A stretch of DNA of 34,168 nucleotides from the IMG/VR virus record IMGVR_UViG_3300045996_000667, positions 91,546-125,713 of that record; one strand, given 5' to 3'. The notes below the pieces were generated by a model, which ran no database searches, was not told the DNA's origin, and was given only the letters and a program-made list of their open reading frames with translations. Origin of the DNA: a virus (lineage: Duplodnaviria > Heunggongvirae > Uroviricota > Caudoviricetes). Shown here one piece after another: positions 1 to 9,085 of this stretch (position 1 is its first letter; every line of letters starts with the position of its first letter). Made by a program: the position numbers and the translations under genes.

Positions 1-473
1 ATATTCCAGGCCAGCGAGGCCTTACCGCAGTGGTGATGGTATTCCTTGCCGTCCACCTTGTTCGTGCCGGTAAACAGAAGGGCCTTCTCAACGATGTCGT
101 CCGAACCGATTTCGACGCGTCCACCGCCCGTGTATGAGCTGATCGACAGACCGCCGATGATGGCCATCGTGTCGAGGTCATACTGCTCAAGCGTGAACGA
201 GCACTTGCACGAACGGGCCATCGTGTATGAACCACGGCGCACCTGTTCGATACCGGTCATAACCGGCTTGACTTCCTTGGTGTATGTCAGGGTAACACGC
301 GAGCCACCGACGATGCCAAGGTCTGACCAGCCTGCCGGGTCAGCGCCGTCCAGCTTAGCAGCTGGGTTTGAGTAGGCGGTGTTGGAAGCCGCGTAGTAAA
401 CGCGCTCAGCGAGCACCGCTCGTGTCGTCGCACCAGACAGCGGTGTGCCCTGAGTCCATTTATTTGAAGGCAT
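1..473 (-). CDS. Putative major tail (tube) protein, partial, runs off the left edge
   Basis: Not in the ORF track. Hand translation from ATG at 473 (MPSNKWTQGTPLSGATTRAVLAERVYYAAS...GWSDLGIVGGSRVTLTYTKEVKPV...) stays open to the window edge. AAAGGA SD upstream. Lies directly after the tail-terminator slot. Confidence 0.6.
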   Translation of the reverse strand, partial: MPSNKWTQGTPLSGATTRAVLAERVYYAASNTAYSNPAAKLDGADPAGWSDLGIVGGSRVTLTYTKEVKPVMTGIEQVRRGSYTMARSCKCSFTLEQYDLDTMAIIGGLSISSYTGGGRVEIGSDDIVEKALLFTGTNKVDGKEYHHHCGKASLAWN

Positions 474-531
474 TGCTAGAATCCTTTCGATGCGCTTATA
501 GCGCTATCAGGAATGTGATAAGTCCAGAGGG

Positions 532-954
532 TTACATCCGGACGTGACAGATATTGAACGTTGCGTTCAACTGGATCTGGTTCTCGTGAACTGGAACCAT
601 CTCGAATGTGATGTCGTCCCGGTCCCAGGATACGTAGCGTCCTGTCGCCACTGGAGAGTCTGGGTCAGCCTCGTAATCCAGTTCCGGCGTATACTGACGC
701 TCGATCAACTTGTCTCTTACTGCCTTGGCCCATCCCCAGGCGGTTCGTTCGTCGTCTGCAAGGATGTCCAAGCTGACTAGAATCTCCTCTGAGCTGCCAT
801 TCTCGGCAGCCTGGAAGATTGAGACGTTAAGGGCATTGCTCTGAAACAGGTGCGCGGTTGCGTCCGTGGCACTCTTGCGGAGCCAGTGGACTGACAGCGT
901 CCCAGATAGCTCCCCACTCAGGTAAGCAATGAATGAGTCTGTAGCAGAAATCAT
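532..954 (-). CDS. Putative tail terminator/tail completion protein
   Basis: 140 aa; synteny between head closure and tail tube; start overlaps the upstream stop. Confidence 0.5.
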   Translation of the reverse strand: MISATDSFIAYLSGELSGTLSVHWLRKSATDATAHLFQSNALNVSIFQAAENGSSEEILVSLDILADDERTAWGWAKAVRDKLIERQYTPELDYEADPDSPVATGRYVSWDRDDITFEMVPVHENQIQLNATFNICHVRM

Positions 955-1343
955 TAGGTGCCTTTAACGGCTCGAGCGACTACTTCCCAAGCGACCACCG
1001 TGCCGTCCAGCACCGAGGGCTTGTAGCTGATCATCTTGAGCACGTCTTCTCCGTAGACAATCAGTGATCCGCGCAGTGTCGCCTCTTCGACCGTTCCTGC
1101 CAGAGTGAGCTTGTAGTCACCCAACAGAAGTAGGCCGCCGCTATTAGCAATGTCCCACGCGTCAACCAAGGTTACGGCTGGCTGTGGGTCCAACTCCGTA
1201 TCGCTGTTAGACTTCGTCTGGCCAAGACCGAGAACTGTGTTCCCGCCTGACACTGACACGGTTCGGAGGTAAACCGTCTTATGAGTTGCTCCCAGTTTCT
1301 TGAGAGTCTTGGCAATCTTCGCCTGAAGAGCTGTTCCGTCCAT
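954..1343 (-). CDS. Putative head closure / head-tail joining protein
   Basis: 129 aa, beta-rich with 'LLLGDYKL' segment; synteny after the adaptor. Confidence 0.5.
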   Translation of the reverse strand: MDGTALQAKIAKTLKKLGATHKTVYLRTVSVSGGNTVLGLGQTKSNSDTELDPQPAVTLVDAWDIANSGGLLLLGDYKLTLAGTVEEATLRGSLIVYGEDVLKMISYKPSVLDGTVVAWEVVARAVKGT

Positions 1344-1897
1344 TAGGCACGCTGCATTCTGCGCGTCGGCCTAAGATACTCACGCATAAGTTCCAGCGCC
1401 AACGGAGCGATCATGCTGCCCTGACCTCTGAACTCTTGACGGACCCTAGCCTGTCCTGCCGCTGCTGACTCTTCCTTGACGCCTGTTAGCTGTGTTGCGA
1501 TAGTCGCTTCATCAACTGACAGAAGGTAAATAGCCTGCTCGCACTGCGCGTCCTTGACATTCTGTGGAATGAACGCTTCGTCATCCACGTCGATGTCAAT
1601 GTTCCTAGGGAACTGAAGACGCTGACCCACCATCTGCCGATGGATGGTGATGTCATGTCCTGCATACGAAACCAGCGCGTTTGGCATTGCGCCACTGCCG
1701 TATTCCGTATCTAGGACTCGCAGCGTGTCGAGGATCTGCGTAGCACGTTTCAGCGCCATCTCCTTCTGGGCAGATGACAGGCCGGACCAGGCCTCCTGTT
1801 TTGCCGTCAGGTAATGGCTATTAAAGAACGTGTTAGCCTCTGTTAGAGAGACATAACTGTCCGATGTGCTTCCACCGATCGTATCGATCAGAGCCAT
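1343..1897 (-). CDS. Head-tail adaptor (DnaT-like phage family)
   Basis: N-terminal 'SDSYVSLTEANTFF', 'QRLQFPR' and 'IPQNVKDAQCEQAIYLL' are typical of this adaptor family; synteny. Confidence 0.75.
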   Translation of the reverse strand: MALIDTIGGSTSDSYVSLTEANTFFNSHYLTAKQEAWSGLSSAQKEMALKRATQILDTLRVLDTEYGSGAMPNALVSYAGHDITIHRQMVGQRLQFPRNIDIDVDDEAFIPQNVKDAQCEQAIYLLSVDEATIATQLTGVKEESAAAGQARVRQEFRGQGSMIAPLALELMREYLRPTRRMQRA

Positions 1898-1919
1898 GTG
1901 TATGCTGCCACTGCGGGTG

Positions 1920-2198
1920 TTAGATCAGTTCGGCTTCGACTAGGATGTTGTAGACCGTTTCAGGAACTTCAACCGACTTGCCGCGCTCGATCTGATAGTT
2001 GTAGCCGTTGACTCCGACAATCTCGTACTTCGGCTCGTTCTTCTTCGCCGGCGAGAGACGGATGGTGAACTTCTGTTGCGCTGCCAGCAAATCCTTCGTT
2101 GACTGGCGAACCTGCTGCATGAACCCCTCAGTGATCATCTGTGGAGTAACTGTCGACGGCTGCGCCGCTGTGTTTACGATCTGTTCAGACTTTGCCAT
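1920..2198 (-). CDS. Hypothetical protein following the major capsid gene
   Basis: 92 aa; 'VGVNGYNYQIERGKSVEVPETV' type small protein often seen after N4-gp56-like capsid genes. Confidence 0.6.
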   Translation of the reverse strand: MAKSEQIVNTAAQPSTVTPQMITEGFMQQVRQSTKDLLAAQQKFTIRLSPAKKNEPKYEIVGVNGYNYQIERGKSVEVPETVYNILVEAELI

Positions 2199-2207
2199 TG
2201 CTCTTTC

Positions 2208-2242
2208 AAGGAGAGAGGGGCTAGCCGTTGCCGACTAGCCCC
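2208..2242 (-). terminator. Intrinsic terminator-like hairpin after the major capsid gene
   Basis: Minus strand GGGGCTAGTCG-GCAA-CGGCTAGCCCC (11-bp stem, GNRA loop) followed by TCTCTCCTT. Confidence 0.6.
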
Positions 2243-2252
2243 GTGTCAGTTA

Positions 2253-3218
2253 TTACGCCGACACCGCGTGCTCGATGCGAAGGATCGCTAGCTGCTGCAG
2301 GATCACTGCAGAGTAGTAGGCCTTCCAACCAGACGTTGCGCGCTGGTTGAGCGGGTCGTTCCCGTTCACGCCGAAGCCCTTGATGATGTTCTCGATTCCC
2401 ATCGGAGAAATCATTCCGTAGGCATCCGCGCCGAGGATGATTGACGCATGCACGTCGATGCCAGCCGCACCAGCACCAGTGAACACGTGTGAGTTGTTGC
2501 TCAGAACGAAGCGAACGTCGTCAAGAGCGCCGACTTCGAACGGTAGGGTTCCGCCCGCTGATGTGCCGTAGGCCTCAACCGGAACAAATCCAGAAGCCGC
2601 CTTCAGGTCATACAGCGCGCTCGGACCAACGATGCCCACGTAGGCCGCGTTGACCGGCTTGGTGCCAACACCAGTCGAAGCGTTCAGAATCGACGTGATC
2701 TTGTTCACCTTGTTCGCCTGCATTGTGCGAACGGCCTTGCGGATTTCCACCGCTGTCAGCACGTCGCCAGCCGCCACGGTGATACGTGACACGCGGCTGT
2801 TCGCATACATGACGTTGGTGCCGGCAACCAGCACGTTCTTCGTGATCTGGTCGAGTGAGTTCGCAGCCTGCTCGGCAAGCACCTGCGTGAACTCGGTCAG
2901 AACCGGGTCCGGAGCAGTGAAGTCCAGGATGTCTGAGATCTCAACCCACGCACCGTACTGAGCCGGTGTCGAGGTGAGCTGGCTCACCGTCATCGCTGAG
3001 TCGCTCGGTGTCACGCCTTCGGTAAGAGCCGAAGTAGTGGCCGCCAGCGAGTCGAAGCGACGGAAGTTGACGCCCTGACCCTCGTGAGAAGGCATCGGAC
3101 GAACCTGTCCGAAGTTCATCCACACCAGACGCGGAAGAAGCCGCGCTAGCAGATTTCGGTCGTACCATGTGCGAAGCTCAGGAGACAGTGTTCCTGTAGC
3201 TGTAGTCTGAGTAGCCAA
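2253..3218 (-). CDS. Major capsid protein, N4-gp56 family
   Basis: 'TWYDRNLLARLLPRL', 'VNFRRFDSL', 'QYGAWVEISD', 'DPLNQRATSGWKA'; 321 aa; AAGGAG SD; downstream of scaffold. Confidence 0.9.
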   Translation of the reverse strand: MATQTTATGTLSPELRTWYDRNLLARLLPRLVWMNFGQVRPMPSHEGQGVNFRRFDSLAATTSALTEGVTPSDSAMTVSQLTSTPAQYGAWVEISDILDFTAPDPVLTEFTQVLAEQAANSLDQITKNVLVAGTNVMYANSRVSRITVAAGDVLTAVEIRKAVRTMQANKVNKITSILNASTGVGTKPVNAAYVGIVGPSALYDLKAASGFVPVEAYGTSAGGTLPFEVGALDDVRFVLSNNSHVFTGAGAAGIDVHASIILGADAYGMISPMGIENIIKGFGVNGNDPLNQRATSGWKAYYSAVILQQLAILRIEHAVSA

Positions 3219-3231
3219 TGCTGTAACTCCT

Positions 3232-3250
3232 TACACAAATGACTTGTGTA
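3232..3250. promoter_or_regulatory. Operator-like palindrome TACACAA-N5-TTGTGTA abutting the capsid SD
   Basis: Perfect 7-5-7 inverted repeat in the 45-bp scaffold/capsid gap; member of the YACAC-N9-GTGTA family. Confidence 0.65.
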
Positions 3251-3263
3251 TAATGTGTGTGCT

Positions 3264-4049
3264 TTACCGCTGGCGTTCGTACTGCTTAGCGATAACTCTT
3301 TCCGACTCTGCCTTGATCTCGTCAAGGGTCATCTTGGTGTAATCCTTCGAATCAGTTCGGCCCGTATCGAGCTTTCTCTGCTCCGAAGCTCCAGATCCCC
3401 CTGCGACCTCAGTTGTCGGTGCCTTAACCGTCCACGGCTTCTGCTTGGCATATTCCGCGACGTATTCCTCGAGCGTCATGGGTTCAAGATTCGTGTTGAG
3501 CCTTGGGTGACCAGTCTCTGGATTCATGACCACGATGCGGTCGCCGTCAGCCTTTAGAAAAGGCTCCATCTGCGAGAACTCGGACATACGATCAAAGAAA
3601 TTGAACTTGTCCGAAACCGCGATGTACTTTTCCTTCAGCTTGGCCTTGCGGTTCTGCTCAGCGGTCTGAGCCTCACGCTTCTCGGCCTCGGCCTTGTCCC
3701 TCTTCAGTTGCTCAGCGATGTTCTTGAACTCTTCAAGCTGCGCCTTGATCTGGAGGACGTCGTTATTGACTTCCGCAACCGTCGTCTTCTTCTCTGGCTT
3801 GACTTCCGGCTGTGGAGGCGTTTCAGTGGTCTTTCCCGCTGACTCCTTCACAGCTTTCAACTCTGCTTCCAGAGCCTTCAGCTTCTCGGCCGCTTCCGCC
3901 GCCGCTTCCTTCTTTGCCTTATCGAAGGCCTTTGCGAAGGTGCCGTTGATTAGTTCGTCAAGCTTCTTCTGCTGTTCCGCCGTGAACTCAACTTTCGTTT
4001 CTTTCTTACCCTCGACCGCGCCGTTGTCGGTCTGCTCGTTTTCCGGCAT
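3264..4049 (-). CDS. Capsid scaffolding protein
   Basis: Highly charged E/K/A coiled-coil, 'FTAEQQKKLDELI', C-terminal 'GGSGAS'; between portal and capsid. Confidence 0.8.
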   Translation of the reverse strand: MPENEQTDNGAVEGKKETKVEFTAEQQKKLDELINGTFAKAFDKAKKEAAAEAAEKLKALEAELKAVKESAGKTTETPPQPEVKPEKKTTVAEVNNDVLQIKAQLEEFKNIAEQLKRDKAEAEKREAQTAEQNRKAKLKEKYIAVSDKFNFFDRMSEFSQMEPFLKADGDRIVVMNPETGHPRLNTNLEPMTLEEYVAEYAKQKPWTVKAPTTEVAGGSGASEQRKLDTGRTDSKDYTKMTLDEIKAESERVIAKQYERQR

Positions 4050-4109
4050 TTGATTCAGTTCCTATCTAGTTCCACTTGCGTGGGCCGCGCTAACCGGCGC
4101 GTACGGGTT

Positions 4110-5840
4110 TTACTTATTTGACCTGCCACCCTTGGCGCGTCTGTTGGCGTCAGGTGCAGATTCTTTGGTAGCGGCCTTACTGCCTGAGGCAGCGCCGATC
4201 CGCTTGTCTGTGCCGAGTTGCTTCTGAGATTTGCCCTGTTGTAGGTTGGATGTGGATGGCACACCCATTTCAGCCTTGATATCGGCTGGCGTCTTGAACA
4301 GGTCCTTGATGTCCTGGTCAGTCAGCTTGTCAATCTCTGCGAAGATCTTCTCGACTGTCTGGTGAGGAATCTTGCTGTCAAACTCTCGAATGACTCGCTT
4401 CCATTCCTCTCGCACGAAGGTCGGTGTCGTCAGCTTCACAGAGTTAAAAATCTGTGACAGCTGGAGCAGTAGGTCTAGGAGATTAGTAATGGAGTAGTCG
4501 TCCTTGTAGGACACCTTTCCATCCTCCCATTCCTTGCCCTGCATCTTCGCCCAGAGCACCATCACATTCTTCTCAACCTGTTCCAGCATGTCTGCTGTCT
4601 TGTTGATGACAGGGATGGTTCTGGAGAACGACTGCTTCTGTGCGTCACCGCTGCCGGCGTTCTTCCCCTTGAAGAGGTCGGACATGATGTCCTGCGCGGC
4701 CTGCCGATACATTTCGGCTACTGTCTTCTCACGCTCAGACTGGAGGAACTCAGCGGGATCGACAGGTGGTGAGAGATAGTCCGGCTTAACCTTGGCGTCG
4801 TCCGGCACTTCCAGCACTGAGCCGGTGCCGATGTCGCCTTCTACCTGGTCCTTCGTAGGGACGATCGAGCGTCCAGGGAGGACGAGGATATTGAAGCACT
4901 GCCGATACAAGAACTCCCCAACCAGGCTTGTCAGGTTGAAGGCGTGATTGTTCTGGTAGGCAATATCCTGTAGGAAGGACTGTCCGATATCCTTGTTCGA
5001 CTTCAGCCTCTTAAAGTAGGCCGGAATGAACGGTACAACCTTCCACGGATGGTTAGAGGGCCTTTTACTGATAATGCGCGGGTCGCGAGGGTCGGTGACA
5101 TCAATCTCCGACACCACAAACTGCGACGGTGTCCACTCGGTATAGCGCTCAATCAGACGGGTTGACTGTCCATCGAAACGCGAGAATGTCTGGCAACGCT
5201 TCAGGTATAGGAAGTTTCCGCAGGTATCTGTCGTCCAGTCGTAAACCTCAAGAGGCCTTACGTTGATCAGATACGGCAGGTCTAGACCGATTTCAGTTGC
5301 TCTCTGGACCGAGACTTCCTCCGGTGCCAGATTCTCCGGTAGAGGCAGTTTGTCGACATGAACATACGTCATGCCAAAGATGCGAGCATCTTCGCCAACT
5401 GCCTGCATGAAGGCATTCAGTGAGGTCCCTGATCGGTCGCAGTTCGCTAGAAACTGCTCGAAGGCGTTCTTCAGAGCGCCTGGGGCCTCGCGCTCGACTC
5501 CTTGGCTGAAGATGTATTCAGGCACGAAGTCAACGAGCGGCTGACAGTAGTTCTGGTAGTGCGCCCTGTCTAGGCGGGCCTGATAGTCAGACGCATGCTC
5601 CCTGCGATGCTTATGAAGCGTATCAGTCCCAATATACTTAGGACCGCCCTCATAGCTTTTTAGTAGGAAGCGCCAGTGGTCAGCATTGTCAAGGTAGTCT
5701 TCGCACTGGGACTGGAGGCGAATAATCTCCTCGAGTTCCTTCTGGCGCCTAGCCTCTTCTGCCGTCTGCTGCTGCTGCGTCGGCACGCTTGGTGCCACAG
5801 TCTGGACAGTGTTGACGGTTGGAAGTGACTGCATAGACAA
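4110..5840 (-). CDS. Portal protein (start codon uncertain: TTG 5840 or ATG 5834)
   Basis: 576 aa immediately downstream of the terminase; 'YQARLDRAHYQNYCQPLVD', 'VVPFIPAYF', 'DIAYQN'. Confidence 0.85.
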   Translation of the reverse strand: MSMQSLPTVNTVQTVAPSVPTQQQQTAEEARRQKELEEIIRLQSQCEDYLDNADHWRFLLKSYEGGPKYIGTDTLHKHRREHASDYQARLDRAHYQNYCQPLVDFVPEYIFSQGVEREAPGALKNAFEQFLANCDRSGTSLNAFMQAVGEDARIFGMTYVHVDKLPLPENLAPEEVSVQRATEIGLDLPYLINVRPLEVYDWTTDTCGNFLYLKRCQTFSRFDGQSTRLIERYTEWTPSQFVVSEIDVTDPRDPRIISKRPSNHPWKVVPFIPAYFKRLKSNKDIGQSFLQDIAYQNNHAFNLTSLVGEFLYRQCFNILVLPGRSIVPTKDQVEGDIGTGSVLEVPDDAKVKPDYLSPPVDPAEFLQSEREKTVAEMYRQAAQDIMSDLFKGKNAGSGDAQKQSFSRTIPVINKTADMLEQVEKNVMVLWAKMQGKEWEDGKVSYKDDYSITNLLDLLLQLSQIFNSVKLTTPTFVREEWKRVIREFDSKIPHQTVEKIFAEIDKLTDQDIKDLFKTPADIKAEMGVPSTSNLQQGKSQKQLGTDKRIGAASGSKAATKESAPDANRRAKGGRSNK

Positions 5841-5940
5841 TATCGCCTATAGTCATAGTGACAGCACCTCCTCGTAACTGGCAGGGGTGTGAGAGCTATG
5901 TCCTATTCTGTCAACCTATTAGATTGATAGTTCGTGAAAA

Positions 5941-7293
5941 CTAGACGCCGGCGACCTGCCTGGACTTATACACGAACGGCGCTTCGTGGCAGATCCAGTT
6001 AGCTAGCGCTAGCGAAATAACGCAGTCGTCGTGGTAGCCTTCCGGCGCACTAAACTGGAAACGACCCTGCGAGGTCATGGTGTAGCCGTACATCTGGAGC
6101 TCGTGGATGAGCGTCTCGGCTATCGCCCTGAACTGCGCCCTCGACTGGTTATCTGGCTTGGGGATAGAGATTTCCCCTCGTTCAAACGCGAACTGCAGTC
6201 TCTGGACGAGAGCGACCTTCTCGGCGTTGTTGCAGATGTTGTAGCCGACTATGTGCGGGTAGACACCCTTGATCAGGTCGAACGGCACGTCACCTACGCC
6301 AGTGCTATCAACGCATAGCAGGGCGTTATTCCACAATCGAGCGGCGATGATGGCCCTGTTGGTCATCACGTTCCAGTCGTCGCCGTTATAGCGCTCGATG
6401 TGGACAACAGCTTTGCTAGCCACGTCCATAACTGTCAGGACGGTGTAGTCTTCCTGCTTGGCCCAGTCTACGCCGATGACATAGTTGCGGCCGATGATAG
6501 GCTTTGGCAGGATCTCTGACCGCTGACAGGTCTTGAGATTTCTGAACACGAGTGCAGAGTCATCTAGGAACTCTGCCAGGTATTCCTGACGGAACTGCAG
6601 GTCTGTCAGGTTGCGCTGGGCCTCCTCGATAGCCTCTCTCGGGATATGAGGATTGCTACCTGTCGGGAGCTGGTAGCTCTTGTATTCTGGGTGTTTCTTG
6701 CGCAGGCCCTCGATCGCACCCTTGCCGTCCCAGCCCTTCATGAACTCATCGAAGAACCAGTTGCGGCCCTTGGGCGTCGAGATGATGCGGAGCTTGCCTC
6801 GAGTTCGGGTCAGCGTGGTCCAGACCGACACAAAGGAGTCGCGGCTCCAGTAGCCGGCTTCGTCAATAACGGCGGCGTGGACGGCTTCGCCTCGCAGGCT
6901 GTCAGGGTTGTCAGCCGAACGAAACTCGATCATCGAGTAGGGCGTGCCGTCTGACCGCAGGAGGGTGTAGACCATCTCGTTGCGGTTGACACGCACTCGG
7001 CCGGACGACATCGGCGGCAGCCAACGGCCCATGATGTTGAAAGCGATTCGCGCCTGACGGAGTGTCGGCGCTGCCCACCAGTTGAGGCTCTGGTAGTGGT
7101 TCCAGGCGTGTCTGAGCAGCCAGATACACAGGCCGAATGTCTTGCCTGTCTTGGTGCCGCAAGCTGCTACGACGATACGCGTCTGGTCGTCAACGAACTC
7201 CCGCTGCCTCGGGTGAAGCGGCGGGAGTGTTAGTTGGATGAGCTTCTGGCGCTTCTTGATAGCGTCTGAAGTCTTGTCAGGTAGGAAATACAA
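5941..7293 (-). CDS. terL: Terminase large subunit
   Basis: Walker A 'ACGTKTGKT', Walker B 'AVIDEAG', 'ISTPKG' coupling motif, 'FRQEYLAEF', nuclease 'IGVDWA' and 'HDDCVISLAL'. Confidence 0.95.
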   Translation of the reverse strand: MYFLPDKTSDAIKKRQKLIQLTLPPLHPRQREFVDDQTRIVVAACGTKTGKTFGLCIWLLRHAWNHYQSLNWWAAPTLRQARIAFNIMGRWLPPMSSGRVRVNRNEMVYTLLRSDGTPYSMIEFRSADNPDSLRGEAVHAAVIDEAGYWSRDSFVSVWTTLTRTRGKLRIISTPKGRNWFFDEFMKGWDGKGAIEGLRKKHPEYKSYQLPTGSNPHIPREAIEEAQRNLTDLQFRQEYLAEFLDDSALVFRNLKTCQRSEILPKPIIGRNYVIGVDWAKQEDYTVLTVMDVASKAVVHIERYNGDDWNVMTNRAIIAARLWNNALLCVDSTGVGDVPFDLIKGVYPHIVGYNICNNAEKVALVQRLQFAFERGEISIPKPDNQSRAQFRAIAETLIHELQMYGYTMTSQGRFQFSAPEGYHDDCVISLALANWICHEAPFVYKSRQVAGV

Positions 7294-7303
7294 TGAGTCT
7301 TAA

Positions 7304-7322
7304 CACACGTGTATCGTGTGTA
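7304..7322. promoter_or_regulatory. Operator-like site CACAC-N9-GTGTA upstream of terL
   Basis: Same geometry as the other sites; in a 39-bp intergenic gap. Confidence 0.5.
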
Positions 7323-7332
7323 TCCGGCGGGA

Positions 7333-7683
7333 TTACGCCTTGAGCGCGGCGACCTTGATCGTGGCTCCAGTGACTGAGAACGTCACCGTCACGTTGCCTG
7401 TCGTAACGTCGTTGAAACGATCCGTCGAGAACGGACCGATGATACGCTCCTGGCCAGCTGGAACAGACACCGTCAGGTCGTGAGCCGAGTTGGCCACGCC
7501 GAAGCTGCACGGGTTGTTGCTGGTCGGACCTGACTTCACCGTCACGGTGCATGAGCCCGCGTCAGTGCTGCGAACGTGCAGGAAGGTCTTGCCATCGTTC
7601 GGGAATGTGTCCGACGCGCTCGCGTTGGCGTAGGTCGGAGCCGCGCCTGTGGTTGACGGGCGCTGGAGAGTTAGAAGTGCCAT
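7333..7683 (-). CDS. Conserved phage protein, probable virion structural/decoration protein
   Basis: 'APTYANASASDTFPNDGKTFLHV...TVTV...DLTVSVPAGQERIIGPF' beta-rich family; AGGA SD. Confidence 0.6.
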   Translation of the reverse strand: MALLTLQRPSTTGAAPTYANASASDTFPNDGKTFLHVRSTDAGSCTVTVKSGPTSNNPCSFGVANSAHDLTVSVPAGQERIIGPFSTDRFNDVTTGNVTVTFSVTGATIKVAALKA

Positions 7684-7686
7684 GTG

Positions 7687-7902
7687 TTAGTTCCTATGCT
7701 TGTAAGTTAGTAGGTCAATGGCGGGCACCGTTGAAGGCAGTGAGTATCCCACAGCCTCGGCGGCCACCTGTATCTCATCAACAGTCAGTGCTACCGATCG
7801 CAAGACTGCGGCAAGCGTGATCTCCGCTGCTACCTTGGTATCGAACCCGGCGTCCTTTAGGTAGTCGAACACACACACTAGCCCCTCGTCTTCTTCCATC
7901 AT
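7687..7902 (-). CDS. Hypothetical protein (71 aa)
   Basis: ATG at 7902 overlaps the upstream TGA (ATGA coupling), so it is preferred over the longer GTG ORF from 8013. Confidence 0.55.
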   Translation of the reverse strand: MMEEDEGLVCVFDYLKDAGFDTKVAAEITLAAVLRSVALTVDEIQVAAEAVGYSLPSTVPAIDLLTYKHRN

Positions 7903-8465
7903 CTCGAGGCTTCCAGAAGTGTCTCGACTGCTGCGTCGATCTGGGTTTGGTATTGCAGGATCGTCTGGGCAGGATCTGGCCACCACGACAGGTAGTAGTA
8001 GGCCGAACGCCAAGACACGAGTCCGATGCGAGCGCAGTAGCCTTCTCCTACTGCCTCTGCGAAGACCTGGTTCTTGCTGAAGTCTTCGTCTATTTCTGTG
8101 GGCTGAAAGTAGTGACCCAGCTCATGGGCGAACGTGTTCACCAGCGCGTTGGGTGACAGCCCAGAACGAAGCTCTATCAGGGCTGGCTTGCCTTTCCAGA
8201 ATCTTCCGTATATCGGCGCGTCTTTCTCATTCACCAATCCGTCAACAATGACGACTTTGATGTTGCGAGACTCTGCAAATTCTAGGAGTGCGTCGTAATA
8301 CGACTCGTGCGAGTCTCCGTCGATCTGGCCGCGCTGGAACGCCACAATGCCGTTGGCCTCTTGCATGACTCGAAAGCCACCAGCCAGCGTGAATGCACCG
8401 TGCGAGCCGCATCCGACCGCCAGGAGGAGGACCGGCAGGAGAAGCAACCTTTGCACAATGTGCAT
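7899..8465 (-). CDS. Putative lipoprotein Zn-metallopeptidase (ImmA/IrrE-like HExxH)
   Basis: 'NTFAHELGHYF' plus downstream 'EVFAE'; N-terminus 'QRLLLLPVLLLAVGC' resembles a lipoprotein signal/lipobox. Confidence 0.65.
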   Translation of the reverse strand: MHIVQRLLLLPVLLLAVGCGSHGAFTLAGGFRVMQEANGIVAFQRGQIDGDSHESYYDALLEFAESRNIKVVIVDGLVNEKDAPIYGRFWKGKPALIELRSGLSPNALVNTFAHELGHYFQPTEIDEDFSKNQVFAEAVGEGYCARIGLVSWRSAYYYLSWWPDPAQTILQYQTQIDAAVETLLEASR

Positions 8466-8965
8466 TACTCAGATTTACTTTCGTCCTTATGGACTCCGCA
8501 TTCGCCAGCCTCAGAGACTGTGGCTACCCACTTCTCCTCGTCGGCGTTCATGTCGGCCAGCTCCTTACGGACCAAGCCAACTTCCTGTAGAGCGTTCCAC
8601 TTGTGCTGAAGGAGCTTCAGCATCACTTCCGTGAACTTTGCCTCGTTCGTTCCGCCTGATTCAGTCTCGTCCAGCCCCCGTTTGGTAATGGACATCAGAT
8701 CGTCTAGGTCCTTGAAGTGCTTGGCAACGAAGAGCATTGCGTATTTGGGTGTCAGCCCTCCTACGTATGTCTCGATCACTCTGCGCTTGTCAGACCTGAC
8801 CTGCTGCTCACTGACCCTGAAAATTCTGGCAAGGTCTGGAACGCTGATCTTCTTCTCACCAATCTCATCGAGATACTTGAGCACACGCCGGCGCTCTGGC
8901 GCTTTGAGCTTGCGCTCGCCAGACTTCGCTACTTCCCAGAGATCTTCTGCTGTGATGCGTGCCAT
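8465..8965 (-). CDS. Putative terminase small subunit (HTH protein)
   Basis: 166 aa with HTH-like 'SVPDLARIFRVSEQQVRSD' and a helical C-terminus; first gene of the packaging run. Confidence 0.5.
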   Translation of the reverse strand: MARITAEDLWEVAKSGERKLKAPERRRVLKYLDEIGEKKISVPDLARIFRVSEQQVRSDKRRVIETYVGGLTPKYAMLFVAKHFKDLDDLMSITKRGLDETESGGTNEAKFTEVMLKLLQHKWNALQEVGLVRKELADMNADEEKWVATVSEAGECGVHKDESKSE

Positions 8966-8972
8966 TTAAGAT

Positions 8973-9047
8973 TGGGAACAGGGGCGGGATTCGAACCCGC
9001 GACCTTCTGGTTATGAGCCAGACGAGCTACCGCTGCTCCACCCTGCT
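8973..9047 (-). tRNA. tRNA-Met(CAT), initiator-like body
   Basis: Full cloverleaf: D-arm GAGC/GCTC, anticodon arm TCTGG-CTCATAA-CCAGA, T-arm GCGGG-TTCGAAT-CCCGC, encoded CCA. Confidence 0.92.
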
Positions 9048-9085
9048 ACGAAGGCCGAGTTGTTTAAGGGATGCTCGGCGTCACC

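Noticed and set aside
5886-5914. Minus-strand TTGACA promoter for the portal
   Set aside because: No TANNNT -10 element at 16-18 bp spacing.
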